Source: an uncultured delta proteobacterium
GTDB taxonomy: Bacteria > Desulfobacterota > Binatia > HRBIN30 > BPIQ01
Direction of reading: 5' to 3'
DNA: 64,000 nucleotides
Assembly: GCA_963761335.1 (NCBI GenBank)
Contig: CAVXGR010000025.1
Location: 1-64,000 of the forward strand
The notes under the pieces are model-generated. The model was not told the origin of the DNA. It did not search any database and saw nothing but the letters and a program-made list of their open reading frames with translations. Below are positions 49,301 to 59,542 of the stretch, in pieces. Both the position numbers and the translations under genes were made by a program. Within the stretch, counting starts at the first letter, position 1, and every line of letters begins with the position of its first letter.

Positions 49301-50689
49301 ATGGCGACCGCCAAGTTGATTGAGTCGATCAACCCCGCAAACGAGGAAGTTCTCGCCCGCTTCGAGGCCACGCCGCCCGAGGAGGTCGAGCGGGCGCTGC
49401 AGCAGGCAGACGATGCCTTTCGCTCGTACCGGACCACGAGCTTCGGATACCGCGCCGAGCTCATGCGCGGCGTGGCGCGCTATCTGCGCGAGCACGCGCC
49501 GCGCCTCGCCGGGCTGATGACCGCGGAGATGGGCAAGCCGATCGTCGAGGCCGAGGCGGAGGTCGAGAAATGCGCCTGGACCTGCGACTACTTCGCCGAG
49601 CACGGCGAGGACTTCCTCGCCGCCGAGCCGCATCCGTCGAGCGCCAGCGAGAGCTACGTGGAGTTTGCACCGCTCGGCTGTGTGCTGGCGATCATGCCGT
49701 GGAACTTCCCCTTCTGGCAGCTGATGCGCTTCGCGGCGCCGGGGCTGATGGCGGGAAATACGGCTATTCTCAAGCATGCGTCCAACGTCCCGCAGTGCGC
49801 TCTGGCGATCGAGGAGATCTTCCGCGAGTGCGAATATCCGCCCGGCGTGTTCCGAACCCTTCTGCTCTCCGGATCCGCGGCGACCCGCCTGCTCGCCGAC
49901 CGCCGCATTGCCGCGGTGACGCTCACCGGCAGCGACGCCGCCGGGGCCGCGGTCGCCGAGGCCGCCGGTCGCGAGCTCAAGAAGGCCGTCCTCGAGCTGG
50001 GCGGCTCCGATCCATTCATCGTTCTCGAGGACGCCGACCTCGAGGCGGCAGTGCAGACGGGGGTGCGCGCCCGCTTCCAGAATACCGGCCAGAGCTGCAT
50101 CGCCGCCAAGCGTTTCATTGTCGTCGATGCCGTCTTCGAAGAGTACCAGGACCGTTTCGCCGCGGCGGCGCAGGCGCTTCGCCTCGGCAATCCCGCCGAG
50201 CGCACGGTTCAGGTCGGACCGCTGGCGCGCGGCGACCTGCGCGACGATCTCGAGGATCAGGTGACGCGCTCGGTCGGCGCCGGCGCCCGTCTGCTCACCG
50301 GGGGCAGGCGTCGCCCGGGAAAGGGTTACTTCTTCGATCCCACCGTGCTCGCCGAGGTGCCGCGCCAAGCGGCCGCGGCGCGGGAGGAGGTGTTCGGTCC
50401 GGTGGCGGCGTTGATGCGGGTGCGAGACGCCGCCGAAGCAGTCGAGGTCGCCAACGACTCACCCTTCGGCCTGGGAGCGAGTCTGTGGAGCGCCGACCTG
50501 AGCCGCGCCAAGCGGCTGGCGCCGCAGATCGAGACGGGACAAGTGTTCATCAACGGCATGGTTGCATCTGACGCGCGGCTGCCATTCGGAGGTGTGAAGA
50601 GATCGGGCTACGGCCGCGAGCTCTCGGAGTTCGGCATTCGCGAGTTCGTCAACATACAGACGGTGTGGATCGGGCCGAAGGTCTCCTGA
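49301..50689 (+). CDS. gabD: NAD(P)-dependent succinate-semialdehyde dehydrogenase-like ALDH
   Basis: [43 protein letters not shown]. Confidence 0.85.
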   Translation: MATAKLIESINPANEEVLARFEATPPEEVERALQQADDAFRSYRTTSFGYRAELMRGVARYLREHAPRLAGLMTAEMGKPIVEAEAEVEKCAWTCDYFAEHGEDFLAAEPHPSSASESYVEFAPLGCVLAIMPWNFPFWQLMRFAAPGLMAGNTAILKHASNVPQCALAIEEIFRECEYPPGVFRTLLLSGSAATRLLADRRIAAVTLTGSDAAGAAVAEAAGRELKKAVLELGGSDPFIVLEDADLEAAVQTGVRARFQNTGQSCIAAKRFIVVDAVFEEYQDRFAAAAQALRLGNPAERTVQVGPLARGDLRDDLEDQVTRSVGAGARLLTGGRRRPGKGYFFDPTVLAEVPRQAAAAREEVFGPVAALMRVRDAAEAVEVANDSPFGLGASLWSADLSRAKRLAPQIETGQVFINGMVASDARLPFGGVKRSGYGRELSEFGIREFVNIQTVWIGPKVS

Positions 50690-50727
50690 AGAGACTCCTC
50701 GGAGAAGCACACCGCGTGGGAGGCCCC

Positions 50728-51159
50728 ATGAAGGTACCAATCGAAATCACCTATCTCGAGATGAAGCGAAGCGACAACATCGATGGGCTGGTGCGCCGGC
50801 AGGCGGCCAAGCTGGAGAAGTTCTGCAACCACATCTCCAGCTGCCGCGTCGCCATCTCCAAGCCGCATGTGCGCCAGCGGGCCGGGAATCGCTACCGGGT
50901 ACGGCTCGACGTCACCGTGCCGCCGAGTCACGAGCTCGCCGTCGTCGAAGGCGATACCAAGGACTACATGCACGACGACCTGCGCACCGTCGTCCGCCGC
51001 AGCTTTCGGGCGATGCGGCGCCAAGTGCAGGAGCTGGCGGAACGGCAGCGAAAGGAAGTGAAGAGGCACGGGGAGCCGACGGAGGGGCGCCCAAGGCGGG
51101 CGGGCGATCTTACATCGCCATTGGAAAGTCCTGCCCCGGCGGCGGAAGCTTCTTCCTGA
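50728..51159 (+). CDS. HPF/RaiA family ribosome-associated protein
   Basis: MKVPIEIT, KLEKF...ISSCRV, YRVRLDVTVP, GGAGG RBS. Confidence 0.8.
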   Translation: MKVPIEITYLEMKRSDNIDGLVRRQAAKLEKFCNHISSCRVAISKPHVRQRAGNRYRVRLDVTVPPSHELAVVEGDTKDYMHDDLRTVVRRSFRAMRRQVQELAERQRKEVKRHGEPTEGRPRRAGDLTSPLESPAPAAEASS

Positions 51160-51296
51160 GCGCCGCCGTCCCTGGGGATTTGCGCGTCCTGGTACCATCC
51201 TTGCCTCACCGGCAGACGAGGCTCATCTGTCTGGCGAACGTCTGCTGCTCCGCTTCCCGAGGCCCCCGAAGAGGCGTCCGCCGAAAGGAGGTCCTG

Positions 51297-51692
51297 ATGT
51301 TCTTCTGGGACATCGTCATCGCCTTCGTGGTGTCGCTGCTGATGACCGCGATCTTCAGCGTCGGCTTCGGCCGGCGCGGCCCGTGGGCCAGCGTGCCGCT
51401 GTTCCTCTTCATCATCTTTCTCGCGGCGTGGGCAGCGGGCGTATGGCTGCAGCCCACGGGCGTGGTGCTCTGGGGCACCTACTGGCTGCCGTTCCTGGTC
51501 GTCGGACTGATCATGGCGCTGCTCTTGGCGCTGGCGGCCCCGGCGCCACCTGGCCGGCTCGAGCACCAGCCGCCGCCGCAGGTGCCCGCCTCCGGGTCGG
51601 AGGACGTTGCCCTCGCCGTCGAAGCGTTCCTGTGGGTGTTCTTCGCAATCCTGGTTTCCGCCATCGTCATCCACTACCTGTTCGCTTACTGA
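51297..51692 (+). CDS. Small membrane protein
   Basis: AGGAGG RBS and four hydrophobic segments. Confidence 0.75.
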   Translation: MFFWDIVIAFVVSLLMTAIFSVGFGRRGPWASVPLFLFIIFLAAWAAGVWLQPTGVVLWGTYWLPFLVVGLIMALLLALAAPAPPGRLEHQPPPQVPASGSEDVALAVEAFLWVFFAILVSAIVIHYLFAY

Positions 51693-51737
51693 GGCGGCGG
51701 CGGTCGCCTCTGGCGCCGCGCCGCGGATTCGGCGAAG

Positions 51738-52568
51738 ATGGACGCGATGGACGTGCGCCGGCGGGTCCCTCGCGCCCTCGAACATCTCGAGGAGATTGCC
51801 CAGCAGCGGCGAAACCGACGTCTGGCGGTCTTCCTCGACTACGACGGTACGTTGACGCCGATCGTCGATCGCCCCGAGCTCGCGGTTCTGTCCGCCGAGA
51901 TGAGAGACACGCTGAGTCGTCTGGCGCGGGTCTGCACGGTGGCCGTGGTCAGCGGCAGGGACCGCGCCGACGTGGAGAGACTCGTGGGCCTCGATTCGAT
52001 CTACTACGCCGGCAGTCACGGCTTCGACATCGGCGGTCCCTCGGGTCGCGAGATTCAGTACCAGCCGGGGCAGCAGTTCACCGGCCCATTGCGCCGCGCC
52101 GAGTCGGAGCTGCGCGCCCGGCTTGGGCCGATCCCGGGTGTGCTGGTTGAGGGAAAACGCTACGCCGTGGCCGTGCACTTCCGTCTGGTGGCCCCGCGGG
52201 AGGTGCCCGGCGTGCAGGAGGCGTTCGAAGAGGTGGCCGGTGCCCATCCCGAGCTGCGCCAGACCGGAGGCAAGATGGTCCTCGAGCTGCGCCCGAAGCT
52301 CGACTGGGACAAGGGCAAGGCCATGCTGTGGCTGCTCGAGACCCTCGAGCTTCGGGGCGATACCACCTTGGCGCTGTACATCGGCGATGACGAGACCGAC
52401 GAGGACGCCTTCGGCGCCATCGAGCCGGTGGGGATCGGCATCTTGGTCGCCGAGGAGGACGACCGTCCTACGGCGGCGCGCTACCGCCTGGGAACTCCCG
52501 GGGACGTGCGGGTGTTTCTCGGCCATCTGATCGAGGGTGTCGCCGGAGGCGCCAAGGGGAGGAGGTGA
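51738..52568 (+). CDS. otsB: Trehalose-6-phosphate phosphatase
   Basis: FLDYDGTLTPIV, VSGR, YAGSHG, WDKGKA, IGDDETDEDAF. Confidence 0.93.
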   Translation: MDAMDVRRRVPRALEHLEEIAQQRRNRRLAVFLDYDGTLTPIVDRPELAVLSAEMRDTLSRLARVCTVAVVSGRDRADVERLVGLDSIYYAGSHGFDIGGPSGREIQYQPGQQFTGPLRRAESELRARLGPIPGVLVEGKRYAVAVHFRLVAPREVPGVQEAFEEVAGAHPELRQTGGKMVLELRPKLDWDKGKAMLWLLETLELRGDTTLALYIGDDETDEDAFGAIEPVGIGILVAEEDDRPTAARYRLGTPGDVRVFLGHLIEGVAGGAKGRR

Positions 52569-53228
52569 ATGACACGGCGGGCGGAAGAGAGGCACAGCGA
52601 GGTGCGCATTCCCTCCGACGGGGTCCAACTGCAGGGGGAGCTGCGGCTGGCCGACGGAGCCCGCTCGGTGGTGCTGTTTGCGCACGGCAGCGGCAGCAGT
52701 CGCCACAGCCCGCGGAACCAGCACGTCGCCGAGATCATCCGTCACGCCGGCATCGGCACGCTGCTCTTCGATCTGCTGACCCCCGAAGAGGAGACCCTCG
52801 ACATGCGCACCGGGCACCTGCGATTCGACATCGGCTTGCTGGAGCGCCGCCTGATCGATGCCACCCGATGGCTCGATACCGGCGCCGGCCTGGCCGATGC
52901 CGCTGTCGGCTACTTCGGTGCCAGCACCGGTGGTGGCGCCGCGCTGGTGGCCGCCGCTGAGCTCGATGAACGCGTCGGCGCCGTGGTCTCGCGCGGCGGT
53001 CGCCCCGATCTCGCGGGAGCCGCTCTGGCGCGCGTCTCCGCCCCGACCCTGTTGATCGTCGGCGGCCTGGACAACGTCGTCATTGGCCTCAATCGCGAGG
53101 CATACGAGCGCCTCTCGTGTCGCAAGGAGCTCCGCATCGTTGCCGGGGCCACGCATCTGTTCGAAGAGCCCGGCACCCTCGACGAGGTCGCCCGCCTGGC
53201 GCGGGTCTGGTTCGAGCGCTGGCTTTAG
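52569..53228 (+). CDS. Dienelactone hydrolase family alpha/beta hydrolase
   Basis: FAHGSGSSRHSPRN, GYFGASTG, SRGGRPDLA, HLFEEPG. Confidence 0.88.
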   Translation: MTRRAEERHSEVRIPSDGVQLQGELRLADGARSVVLFAHGSGSSRHSPRNQHVAEIIRHAGIGTLLFDLLTPEEETLDMRTGHLRFDIGLLERRLIDATRWLDTGAGLADAAVGYFGASTGGGAALVAAAELDERVGAVVSRGGRPDLAGAALARVSAPTLLIVGGLDNVVIGLNREAYERLSCRKELRIVAGATHLFEEPGTLDEVARLARVWFERWL

Positions 53229-53356
53229 GGATCTCCCTCGCTGGCGGGCGTGTAAGACTTCCAATTCCTGAGAATCAGCGCGCCGATAAGCCGCGCCGAC
53301 CCTGTCGCCGCGGAGTGGCACGAGGGTGGCTCGACACTCGGCGGGAGGAGCTTGCC

Positions 53357-53695
53357 GTGGATACCCAAACGCGAATGGAACTGGAGCGGGAGCTACGCCG
53401 GCGGCGCGACGAGCTTCTGCGGGACGTGAGCGGGGTTTCCGCCGACCTGCGCATCATTGAAGAGGATCGCGAGTCGGAGCTCGAGGAGCGGGCTCAGGAG
53501 CAGCAGCAGGCGCGGTCGCTCGACAGCCTCGAGGAGCACGACCGACGAGAGATCGAGGAGATCGACAGGGCTCTGCGCCGTATGGCGGATGGCTCGTACG
53601 GCAACTGCGCCGAATGCGGCGAGCCGATCGAGATCGAGCGCCTGCGCGCCGTGCCGACGGCTCTGCGCTGTATCGAATGCGTTCGCGGGAAGTGA
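53357..53695 (+). CDS. TraR/DksA C4 zinc-finger protein
   Basis: Coiled coil, then YGNCAECGEPI...RLRAVP...CIEC. GGAGGAG RBS before the GTG. Confidence 0.88.
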   Translation: MDTQTRMELERELRRRRDELLRDVSGVSADLRIIEEDRESELEERAQEQQQARSLDSLEEHDRREIEEIDRALRRMADGSYGNCAECGEPIEIERLRAVPTALRCIECVRGK

Positions 53696-53707
53696 TCGGC
53701 GACAAGA

Positions 53708-53756
53708 GTCGAAGCGGCGTCCCGCGGCGTCGAAAGCGCCGGGACGCCGCTTCTGC
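53708..53756. repeat. Solo degenerate copy of the array REP doublet
   Basis: GTCGAAGCGGCGTCCCGCGGCGTCGAAAGCGCCGGGACGCCGCTTCTGC between convergent genes. Confidence 0.8.
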
Positions 53757-53776
53757 TCCGAAGCGCGGCGGTACGC

Positions 53777-54325
53777 CTACTTCATTCCCTTCTCGATGAC
53801 GCCGCAGGCAATGCGGTCGCCGGCGTTCCCGGCCGGATCGCTCTTGTAGTCATCCGCACCGGCGTGCACCACCAGCGCCGAGCCGTCCTTGTCGAAGACG
53901 CTGTTCTTGCCCTGCAGGGTTGCGTGCGGATCGAAGATGTCGACCTTCAGCTTGCCGGAATCGGGGACGTCGATGTTGGGGAGGTCGCCGGCGTGATAGC
54001 CCGCTGCCTCCTCGAACCCGTGGTGCTTCTTCATCGGGTTGAAATGTCCGCCTGCCGACTTGAAGGGGGGCTCGCACTTGCCGGTCTCGTGAATGTGAAA
54101 GGCGTGCGTGCCGGGAGGAAGGTTGGTGAAATCGGCGTGAATGAGCACGCCGTTCGGTGTGCCTTCGAGGGTCGCCTCGCCGACCACTTTGCCCTCGGCG
54201 TTCTTCAGGGTTGCGTGCGCCGTCTCCATCTTGCCCTTGCTGGCCATGGGCTCCTCGGCCCATGCGGCGCCGATCAACCCCAGTACTGCCAACCCACAAG
54301 CCACTGTTGCGATGCGCTTCATCAT
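53777..54325 (-). CDS. sodC: Periplasmic Cu/Zn superoxide dismutase family protein
   Basis: Signal peptide, HAFHIH, SAGGHFNP, HAGDLPN, VVHAGADD, GNAGDRIACG. Confidence 0.93.
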   Translation of the reverse strand: MMKRIATVACGLAVLGLIGAAWAEEPMASKGKMETAHATLKNAEGKVVGEATLEGTPNGVLIHADFTNLPPGTHAFHIHETGKCEPPFKSAGGHFNPMKKHHGFEEAAGYHAGDLPNIDVPDSGKLKVDIFDPHATLQGKNSVFDKDGSALVVHAGADDYKSDPAGNAGDRIACGVIEKGMK

Positions 54326-54415
54326 GCGTCCCTCCTTTTCCGCGCGGTCACGCTGCGTTGAACAGCCGCGGATTCTGCCACAGTAAAGCCGCGGAGTCGA
54401 CCATGCGGGGAAAGA

Positions 54416-54754
54416 TCAGGCGGCGCGCTTGGATCTGGTGCGCCGCTTCGCCGGTTTCGATTCCGCCGTCTTCGCTGACTTCGCGGCCGTTCGCCTCTCG
54501 CCCTTGCTCCCCTGCAGACTGCGGCGCAGGCGTTCCATCAGGTCTACCACCTCGCCGCCCCGCGCCGGCTCTTCGGTCTCCAGCTTGGGCTTCTTCCCCT
54601 TCCTCTTCGCCTTGATCACGCGCAGCAGGTTCTCCTGGTACTCGTCCGCGTACTTCTCGGGGGACCACGGCCCGGCGAGGCTCTCGATCAGGACCGCGTA
54701 GCCTCGCTCGCCTCCCTTCCCGGGAACCAGGTAGTACGAGGTGGCTTTGCCCAA
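54416..54754 (-). pseudogene. ku: Ku (NHEJ) remnant, 5'-truncated with an internal deletion
   Basis: SYYLVPGKGGERGYAVL is joined directly to IESLAGPWSPEKYADEY...VVDLMERLRRSL and a basic tail. Confidence 0.82.
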
Positions 54755-54782
54755 CGAATCGAGCCCACGGGGCCGCCGCCGA

Positions 54783-54857
54783 AGGTTGTTAGGTTTTTAC
54801 GTTGTTGGTTGTTGGTAAGAAGGGGCGATTGACCTAACAACGTAGCAGCCAACAACC
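54783..54857. repeat. Mirrored GTTGTT / AACAAC short-period repeats
   Basis: GGTTGTTAGG..TTACGTTGTTGGTTGTTGG ... CCTAACAACGTAGCAGCCAACAACC. Confidence 0.7.
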
Positions 54858-55100
54858 CGCCCGCAGCCGGGTGTTGACCCGGCAACAGCGACGGATGCCG
54901 CGTCGTTCGGGTAACGCGCATGCCGGCGCAGAACCGTATGACCTGTGAACGGAGAGCAGGATGGAGCTGCAAGACCTACACGGAAGCGGAGCATGCACGG
55001 CTCCTTGCCCTTCGGCCAGATGCGGGGGCGTGCGGCGCCGAGTTGGCACGCCATATGCGGCAGGCACAAATTGAAAGTTCTCTTCGGAGGAGGTGACCGA

Positions 55101-55400
55101 ATGCCTTCAGCGTGGACAGCAAAAGAGGAGCGCCAGTACGAGCACATCAAGAAGAGCGCCCGGAAGCGCGGCCGCTCAGCCAGCCGGGCCAAGGAGATCG
55201 CCGCCCGTACGGTGAACAGGGAGCGGCGGCAGCGAGGCGAGACGCCCAACAAGAAGACCCAGGGTACCGGCAATCCGAACACATCCCTGGGCGAGCGGAC
55301 AGTGAGGGAGCTGCGCAATCGCGCCTCGGGGCTCGACATCGAAGGGCGGAGCAAGATGAACAAGGCGGAGCTGGTTCGCGCCATTCGCCGTCACAGCTGA
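55101..55400 (+). CDS. Small basic protein with a Rho-N-like C-terminus
   Basis: AWTAKEERQYEHIK...AKEIAARTVN, IEGRSKMNKAELVRAI, GGAGG RBS. Confidence 0.82.
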   Translation: MPSAWTAKEERQYEHIKKSARKRGRSASRAKEIAARTVNRERRQRGETPNKKTQGTGNPNTSLGERTVRELRNRASGLDIEGRSKMNKAELVRAIRRHS

Positions 55401-55448
55401 GGCGATTGGCGAAGTGCGTATCGGCGGCTATCCACGCAGTGTCCTCAC

Positions 55449-56408
55449 ATGAACGACCGCGCTAATGGTCAGCCGTTCGGCGGCGCATTCAACGCGAACC
55501 GTCGATCCCACACGGCATCGCCGACGGCGGGTTCGCGCTCCTCCGCCGACGGCTCGCGGCTGCATCCGCATGCCCGTCGCTTCTTCCGGCGGATTCTTTC
55601 CACCATCAATTCCTCCGGGGTTCCGACGCTGGTCGGCGGCGATTTTGCTCTCGAGTGCTTTACCAGCATCAGCCACCGAAGCAAGAATCTGGAACTTTTC
55701 GTTCGGCCGGGCGATCGGCACCAGCTCCTGGACGTCCTCGCGGATGCCGGCTTCGAGACGCAGATGGCGCATCCGCACTGGCTGGCGAAAGTGTTCCGCG
55801 GCGACGACGTCGTCGATCTCGTCTTCAACTCCGGAAACGGGGCGGTTCCCGTCGACGACGACTGGTTCGAGTGCGCCGTGCCAAGCGACATCGTGGGCGT
55901 GCCGGTGATGCTCTGTCCGATCGAGGAGACGATCTGGTCGAAGGCATACGTGATGGAGCGCGAGCGCTACGACGGTGCCGACGTTGCCCATCTCTTGCTC
56001 TGCCACGGGGCGAAGCTCGACTGGCGGCGGCTGCTGCGTCGCTTCGGGCCGCACTGGCAGCTGCTGCTGACGCACTTGGTGCTCTTCTCTTTCATCTACC
56101 CGGAAGAGAGCAGGCATCTGCCGGCCTGGCTCGTCGAGGAGCTGCTCTCGCGCCTGCGCACCCAGCAAGAAGAGGGCGACGCCAAGGTCTGCCGGGGCGG
56201 CCTGCTGTCGCGCGCCCAGTACATCGTCGATTTCGAGCGCTGGCGTTACCTCGATGCTCGTCTGTATCCCCACGGCATGATGTCAGCCGCGGAGATCGCC
56301 GAATCGACGCGGACGATCGACGAGCCCCATTCGCCCACGGAGGAGCGGCACGCCTTTGCGGAGCGCATGGAGGCCGAGGCGGAGCGGCGGGGAGAGAACA
56401 AGGGATGA
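55449..56408 (+). CDS. Nucleotidyltransferase family protein
   Basis: LVGG.FAL, HWLAKV, VDLVFNSGNG, WSKAYVMERERYDGADVAH, GLLSRAQY. Confidence 0.75.
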   Translation: MNDRANGQPFGGAFNANRRSHTASPTAGSRSSADGSRLHPHARRFFRRILSTINSSGVPTLVGGDFALECFTSISHRSKNLELFVRPGDRHQLLDVLADAGFETQMAHPHWLAKVFRGDDVVDLVFNSGNGAVPVDDDWFECAVPSDIVGVPVMLCPIEETIWSKAYVMERERYDGADVAHLLLCHGAKLDWRRLLRRFGPHWQLLLTHLVLFSFIYPEESRHLPAWLVEELLSRLRTQQEEGDAKVCRGGLLSRAQYIVDFERWRYLDARLYPHGMMSAAEIAESTRTIDEPHSPTEERHAFAERMEAEAERRGENKG

Positions 56409-56432
56409 CGGAAGGCGGGGAGCTACCGGAGC

Positions 56433-57440
56433 TCACGCGATTTCCCAGATACCGCCGGCGAGGGCGACCGCGGCGGCGCCGACCAGGGCCAGGATATTTC
56501 GGTGCTTGCTCAGCCACAGCTGCGAAGATCGGTAAGAGGCGCGATCGTCGAATCTTCCATGGGCGCCGTGATCTCCGGGAACGGGCGTCCATAGATTGTC
56601 TGGCCGGGCCGGGTCGCGCGGCTGATCCGTCTGCTGAGACTCGAACCCGGTTCGCGCCAGGTAGTGATCGGCGACCGCGGGCGCCAGCTTGTTGCCGATC
56701 ACGGTCATCACGGTAGGCCAGCCGACGAAGAACTCCCGCCGGGGATGGTGCGCGGCGTAGAAGATGGCGTCGGCAGGAACCTCGGGCTGGTAGATCGGCG
56801 GTACTGGTTGTCCTTCCTTCGGCAGCCGGCTCTTCACCCAGCCGAACTGCGGCGTGTTCACCGCCGGCAGGTTGACGACGGTGACTCGTACGTGAGAGCG
56901 GTCGTGCATCAGCTCGGCGCGCAGCGATTCGGTGAATCCGATGATCGCGTGCTTGGCCGCGCAGTAGGACGATTGCAGCGGTATGCCGCGATAGGCCAGG
57001 GCCGAGCCCACCTGGACGATCACGCCGCGATCGCGAGGAAGCATGCGCTTGAGCGCTGCCAGGGTTCCGTGAACCACGCCGAGATAGGTCACCTCGGTGA
57101 CTCGCCGATACTCGTCCGGCTGCATCTCCTTGACCTCGGAGAACACCGAGGTCATGGCGTTGTTCACCCAGATGTCGATGGGTCCGAAGCGCTCCTCGAC
57201 GGCGCCGGCGGCGCGCTCTACGGCCTCGGCGTCGGCGACGTCGGCGGGAAGGACGATGGCCTCGCCGCCCAGCTCCTCTACCTCTCGCTGCGCCGCCCGC
57301 AGGCCCTCTTCGCCGCGCGCCATCAGCCCGATGCGCGCCCCCCGGCGCGCAAACCGGCGGGCCGTAGCGCGCCCGACACCGGCGGAAGCGCCGGTGATCA
57401 CTACGATCTCTCTGCAGTTCTGCACGGGGGTGGTCAGCAT
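56433..57440 (-). CDS. SDR family oxidoreductase
   Basis: TGASAGVG, WVNNA, YCAAK, LPAVNTPQF, PPIYQPE. Confidence 0.92.
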   Translation of the reverse strand: MLTTPVQNCREIVVITGASAGVGRATARRFARRGARIGLMARGEEGLRAAQREVEELGGEAIVLPADVADAEAVERAAGAVEERFGPIDIWVNNAMTSVFSEVKEMQPDEYRRVTEVTYLGVVHGTLAALKRMLPRDRGVIVQVGSALAYRGIPLQSSYCAAKHAIIGFTESLRAELMHDRSHVRVTVVNLPAVNTPQFGWVKSRLPKEGQPVPPIYQPEVPADAIFYAAHHPRREFFVGWPTVMTVIGNKLAPAVADHYLARTGFESQQTDQPRDPARPDNLWTPVPGDHGAHGRFDDRASYRSSQLWLSKHRNILALVGAAAVALAGGIWEIA

Positions 57441-57755
57441 CAATACTCGTGCCGGGTGGACCCTTCGATGCGGAGCATTGCTGACTCGGGCTCGCCGTGG
57501 CGGCGCGGCGCAGGAGTTCGACAAACGAACGGAAGGAATTACATTCGCGGATTCTCGATACGTGCCCCCGCACACGCCTGTGGCGCGCCAGCCTCCGCCC
57601 CCGCCGCCACGCCACCGCGGGCCCGGCGAAATTTCCTGTTAACGAAGGCGCTTCTGCTTGCTACTCTCCGGCGCCGCCAAAACGTTCCGCGGGTGGAGGT
57701 TGGGGATGGTTGCAGAAGAGAATGGGGGGCGAAACGTGCCCTTTGCGAAGGGAAC

Positions 57756-59483
57756 ATGAAGGTCTGGCTGCTGCTGCTGGCACTTCTGTGCGGGGCGTTC
57801 GCCCTGAGCGCGCCGGTGCGCGCCGAGGTCGTCGTCACGGTCAACGGGGGCAGCGGCGCACCCGGCGATTCCGTGAAGGTCGATCTCTTGCTTCGCGCCG
57901 ACGGAGGCGAAACGATCTCCGCGATCGACACGACTCTCCACTTCGACCCCAAGGCCATCCCAGCCGGCGTGAAGGGCACAGGGCGGCCCGCATGCCAAGG
58001 GGGGATGGTGGGGACATTCGCCGCCAGCGCCTTCGGACCCCTCGGCTGCGACCCCTCCCGCCACCAGTGTACCTCAGTGCGCATCGTCATCCTCGGGATC
58101 GAGGCGCCGCAGGCCATCGCCGAGGGCGTCCTCGCCTACTCGTGCACGATGCAAATTCTGCGCAGTACCGGGCCGGGCCGCTACGCGCTCACACTGAGCG
58201 GCGCCGAGTACGCCACGCCCGCTGGGGAAGCTTACCCGGCGACCGTCGTCGATGGCAGCATCGAGGTGCTGCCCCCCGGCGGCGACCCGACCCCGACCCC
58301 ACAGGGGGCGCGCACTCCAGCATGCACCGGTGACTGCGACGGCAGCGGCTCCGTCTCCGCCGACGATCTCACCGCTTTCAGCCGCGCCCTCTTCGATGCC
58401 GATGCGGTGAGCGGCTGCACGGTCGACGATCCGCCGCAGCCGCTTTCGGTGGCCCGTCTGGTGGCGGCGGTGAAGAACGCCGCCGGCACCTGCCACAGGC
58501 TGCCGACGCCGTCGTCGACCGCAACGCTCGAGCCCACGGCGCCGCCGCCGACGGCATCGCCGAGCCCACGTCCGACGAACAGCCCGACGCCCACCATGAC
58601 GCCGCGGCGCGCTTCGACCCGCACCCCGACGGCGCCGAAGCCGGCGACCTCGAGCCCAACCGGCACGCGCACGGCGACTCCGAGCCGCACCCGGTCGGAA
58701 ACGCGTACGCCGACGCGGACGCGCTCGGCGACCCGCACCCGCACGCCGACGCGGACGCGCACGTCAACCAAGTCGTCGACGCCGACGCCGTCGCTGACAC
58801 CGAGGCGCACTCCCACGGCCTCGGCCTCCCCGAGCGCAACGCCGATGGTGACGCCGACAGCGACTGGTGCCGGCGAGCTGGCTGCCAGCCCGACGCCGAC
58901 ACCCAGCCCGGATGGCTTCATTGGCCCGGAGATCACCTTCATGGGCCTGGCCCAGGCAGACAACGCCCTGCTGCAGCCGCTCGGCGCAGACGGCTCGGGA
59001 GTGCCGGTCTACGGCGGCCTCTTCGGCTTCGGGTTCCGACTGCTTGTCGAGGGTCGCCCGGGCCCCTCGCTGCAGGCCGTCGGCACTCGCAGTCGCGCCG
59101 CGAGCGACGACGAGCTCCCCGATCTGCTGATCGAGGTCGATCGCCCGCTCGGGGACGGCGATCCGCGGCCATGTCGCAACGGTGTGCCGGCCATCGATCC
59201 GCCGGGCTTTTCTCCGGCAGACGCCAACGCCTTCAACGATCTCGGCTGCCGTTTCATCGACGGCAGCGGTCTGCCGCGCGGCCGGGCTCTGTCGAGTGGC
59301 TGCGTCTTGCTGGCCCAGGGCGGCTATGGCTTCGCCTCGAGTGCCTCCGCGATTCAGTTCTGTGCGCAGATTCCGTCCTCGCTCTCCTTCCCGCGGGGAG
59401 ACACGCTGGTCACCGCCCGCCTTCGCGACCGCGACGGCAACCTCGGAAGCGCGGCGCAGATCATCGTCCGTGTTCCCCTGTGA
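57756..59483 (+). CDS. Secreted protein: cohesin-like domain, dockerin-like motif, Pro/Thr/Arg linker, C-terminal Cys-containing domain
   Basis: Signal peptide MKVWLLLL, GAPGDSVKVDL...IDTTLHFDP, CTGDCDGSGSVSADDL, long TPTRT repeats. Confidence 0.72.
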   Translation: MKVWLLLLALLCGAFALSAPVRAEVVVTVNGGSGAPGDSVKVDLLLRADGGETISAIDTTLHFDPKAIPAGVKGTGRPACQGGMVGTFAASAFGPLGCDPSRHQCTSVRIVILGIEAPQAIAEGVLAYSCTMQILRSTGPGRYALTLSGAEYATPAGEAYPATVVDGSIEVLPPGGDPTPTPQGARTPACTGDCDGSGSVSADDLTAFSRALFDADAVSGCTVDDPPQPLSVARLVAAVKNAAGTCHRLPTPSSTATLEPTAPPPTASPSPRPTNSPTPTMTPRRASTRTPTAPKPATSSPTGTRTATPSRTRSETRTPTRTRSATRTRTPTRTRTSTKSSTPTPSLTPRRTPTASASPSATPMVTPTATGAGELAASPTPTPSPDGFIGPEITFMGLAQADNALLQPLGADGSGVPVYGGLFGFGFRLLVEGRPGPSLQAVGTRSRAASDDELPDLLIEVDRPLGDGDPRPCRNGVPAIDPPGFSPADANAFNDLGCRFIDGSGLPRGRALSSGCVLLAQGGYGFASSASAIQFCAQIPSSLSFPRGDTLVTARLRDRDGNLGSAAQIIVRVPL

Positions 59484-59542
59484 GGCGACGCTGGCGGCAC
59501 ACTGTCGCCAGTGACATAAGGAGGGGGGCGAGGGGACGCAGG

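Noticed and set aside
55449..56408. CCA-adding enzyme or CBASS cyclase
   Set aside because: It lacks recognisable motifs of either, has no effector neighbours, and sits in a stress-gene context.
56664..57755. N-terminal 364 aa of the 939-aa ORF
   Set aside because: Overlaps the SDR on the opposite strand. A signal peptide begins at the ATG at 57756.
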